DNA of 64,000 nucleotides from Acholeplasmataceae bacterium (GTDB lineage Bacteria; Bacillota_I; Bacilli_A; Acholeplasmatales; Acholeplasmataceae): NCBI GenBank assembly GCA_963667565.1, contig OY763415.1, positions 1,344,001 to 1,408,000 of the forward strand, read 5' to 3'. Shown piece by piece: positions 60,481 to 64,000 of this stretch (position 1 is its first letter; each line of letters starts with the position of its first letter). The notes under the pieces were generated by a model. It saw only the letters and a program-made list of their open reading frames with translations, ran no database searches and was not told where the DNA came from. The position numbers and the translations under genes were made by a program.

Positions 60481-61935
60481 ATGAACAACAAAGAAATGAT
60501 TTATGATTACGCAATTATTGGAGCTGGTATTGTCGGTTCTTTAATTGCTAGATACTTAAGTCAGTATGAATCAAAAACAATTTTATTAGAAAAAGAAAAC
60601 GACATTGCAAATGTTCAAACCAGTGCGAACAGTGCAATCATCCATTCCGGTCATGATCCACAACCTGGAACATTAAAAGCAAAACTTTGTGTTTTAGGAA
60701 ATGAGATGTATGATGAACTAGAAAAAACAATGCATATACCATTAAGACGTACTGGCGCGTTTGTGGTTGCTAAAAATGAGACTGAATTAAAAACACTTGT
60801 TCTACTTCAAGAAAGAGCTAAACTTAACGGTGTAAAATCTTATCAGCTTTTACTAAAAGATCAAATCAAACTTGAAGAACCGCACTTAAATGACACCATT
60901 GTAGGTGCACTTTCATTACCTACAACCAAAGTAACCTTTCCATGGGAAGTTGCTATTAAAGCATGTCATGTAGCCATTAAAAATGGTGTAACTTTTCAAA
61001 AGAATGCCATGGTCACAAACATCTCATATCAAAATGACATCTTTGATATTGAAGTGAACAAAAACACGCACATCTTAGCAAAGCATATCATTAATTCAAG
61101 TGGTGTAAATTCAAAAGAACTTTCTTCTTTTTTAGATGAGGAACTCCCATTTCATTCAACACCTAAACGTGGAGAATACTTTGTTCTTGATCGACAAATA
61201 GATGGCATGTTTAAACATGTTATCTATCCACTGCCTTCACAAAAAGGTAAAGGTGTATTAATTACACCTCAAACACATGGAAATATCTTATTAGGGCCAA
61301 CAAGTGATTATACTGATAATCAAATCACTTATACGACAAAAGATGGATTATCTTATGTGAAAGAACACGTTAAAGACTTGTGTGATCACATACCTTATCC
61401 ATATATCATTAGATCATTTTCAGGTATACGTGCAAGTATCGATACTAAAGACTTCTACATCAAACCATCTTCTAAATACCCTAACTTTTACATCCTTGCT
61501 GGTATCGATTCACCTGGTCTTACAGCAGCACCTGCGATTGCGAAATATCTAGTTGATGAAATCATTCAAATCAAAGACCCAATAAAAGATACTTTTAATC
61601 CTTACTTAGATCAAGATATCGTATTTAAAGACTTATCTTTAAAGCGTCAACAAGAATTATATAAAGAAAAACCGAAATATGGTCATGTCATTTGTCAATG
61701 TGAACACGTCAGTGAACAAGAAATTATTGATGCTATTTTATCTCCTGTTGGAAGTCAAACCCTCAAGGGTATAAAAAAACGAACACGAGCAGGTGCAGGT
61801 ACATGCCAAGGTGGATACTGTCAATCTGAAGTGCTAAGGATTATTGCAAGTGTAACTGAAACAGATCCTACTTCTATTAATTATGATGCATTAGGTACTG
61901 AGATACTTGATAAAGAATCGAAGGTGGGCATATGA
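60481..61935 (+). CDS. FAD-dependent oxidoreductase (glycerol-3-phosphate dehydrogenase-like) with C-terminal BFD-like [2Fe-2S] domain
   Basis: IIGAGIVG, NSAIIHSG, GIDSPGLT; CQCE...GTCQGGYC; glp context. Confidence 0.85.
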   Translation: MNNKEMIYDYAIIGAGIVGSLIARYLSQYESKTILLEKENDIANVQTSANSAIIHSGHDPQPGTLKAKLCVLGNEMYDELEKTMHIPLRRTGAFVVAKNETELKTLVLLQERAKLNGVKSYQLLLKDQIKLEEPHLNDTIVGALSLPTTKVTFPWEVAIKACHVAIKNGVTFQKNAMVTNISYQNDIFDIEVNKNTHILAKHIINSSGVNSKELSSFLDEELPFHSTPKRGEYFVLDRQIDGMFKHVIYPLPSQKGKGVLITPQTHGNILLGPTSDYTDNQITYTTKDGLSYVKEHVKDLCDHIPYPYIIRSFSGIRASIDTKDFYIKPSSKYPNFYILAGIDSPGLTAAPAIAKYLVDEIIQIKDPIKDTFNPYLDQDIVFKDLSLKRQQELYKEKPKYGHVICQCEHVSEQEIIDAILSPVGSQTLKGIKKRTRAGAGTCQGGYCQSEVLRIIASVTETDPTSINYDALGTEILDKESKVGI

Positions 61936-63195
61936 GAAAAGCATATGATGTCACCATCATCGGTGGTGGATCTGCAGGATTAGCTGCAGCAAAAGCATTT
62001 AAAGGAACGAACACAAAAGTCGCTTTAGTAGAAAGATCTCACATATTAGGTGGCATATTAAATCAATGCATCCACAATGGATTTGGACTTCATGTATTTA
62101 AAGAAATGCTTACTGGTCCAGAATTCGCACAAAGATTCATTGATGATATTGATGAAAAACAACTTGATGTATATTTAGACACAACCGTTTTAGATGTCAA
62201 ACAGGACAATCCCTTCATCTTAACTTGTAGCAGTGAATATGATGGTATTTATGAACTCGAATCAAAAACAATCATCTTATCGAGTGGTTGTTATGAACGC
62301 TCTAGAGGTGCTATATCAATTCCGGGTTCAAGACCCAATGGTATTATGACTGCTGGTACTGCACAAAAATATTTAAATATTGATGGTTATTTAGTTGGTA
62401 AAAATGTATTTATTTTAGGTAGTGGTGACATTGGACTTATTATGGCAAGACGTATGACTTTAGAAGGTGCTAAAGTTTTAGGTGTTGCAGAAATGATGCC
62501 TTACTCTAATGGTTTAAATAGAAATATCGCACAATGTTTAGATGACTTTGACATTCCACTCTATTTATCTCATACGATTGTTGACATTAAAGGTGAAAAA
62601 AACCTTGAGTCAATTACCATTCAACAATTAGATGAAAAATTTAATCCAATTGAAGGCACACAAAAAACATTTGAAGTTGATACACTTTTGTTATCTGTTG
62701 GACTTATTCCAGATATTAAAGTTTTTGAACATCTTGATTTAACTTTAAATCCAATCACTAAAAGTATTAATGTTAATCAAAACTACCAAACATCAATACC
62801 TGGCATATTTGCATGTGGCAATGCACTTCATGTTCATGATTTGGTCGATGATGTTGTCATTGAATCGATGCGAGCTGGCCATGCTGTATTAAATTATTTA
62901 TCCGCTTCACAAAGCCATGTGACACCAAATTCAAAAGTTGTATATGACCACCACATTAGATATGTTGTTCCTCATCTACTCAATACTAACTATTTACTCA
63001 ATGACGATCTTATCTTTTTATTTAGAACAACGCAAAAATTTGATGAAGCATACTTTATCGTTAAACAAGGCGACAAAGAAATATATAGAAAAAAACATCG
63101 TTTTATCGTTCCAGCTGAAATGAATAAAATTGAAATCAAGCGAAGTGCTGTTGATTTATCAAAAGACTTATCAATATCACTTGAGGAGGTTAAAC

Positions 63196-63206
<11 letters not shown>
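61932..63206 (+). CDS. Pyridine nucleotide-disulfide oxidoreductase family protein
   Basis: IIGGGSAG, QCIHNGFG, LGSGDIG, GNALHVHDLVD. Confidence 0.88.

Positions 63207-64000
<794 letters not shown>

Overview
AT-rich bacterial chromosome using the standard genetic code (TGG = Trp, TGA = stop). Gene content and surface proteins anchored by lipid or transmembrane segments without LPxTG suggest an Acholeplasmatales/Izemoplasmatales-like mollicute (inference). The backbone carries large repeat-rich surface proteins, a U32/RlhA-like protein, a YcaQ/AlkZ glycosylase, an OmpR-type two-component system flanked by lipoproteins, pdhABCD, speA-speB, T-box-controlled asnB, two MscS channels and a GlpP-controlled glycerol operon running into glpK. 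The most unusual part is 27.5-36.4 kb. Downstream of tRNA-Thr(CGT), the tRNA's 14-bp 3' end recurs twice and delimits two tandem cassettes of 4590 and 4306 bp with no integrase. The cassettes share a ~290-bp promoter-bearing end and a ~28-bp opposite end but carry unrelated, defence-like cargo (HEPN-like protein, CoiA-like nuclease, nucleotidyltransferase plus DUF262; membrane protein plus KAP NTPase). Next to them lies an AT-rich block with a candidate aerolysin/ETX-like secreted protein and two MacB-like ABC fusions.
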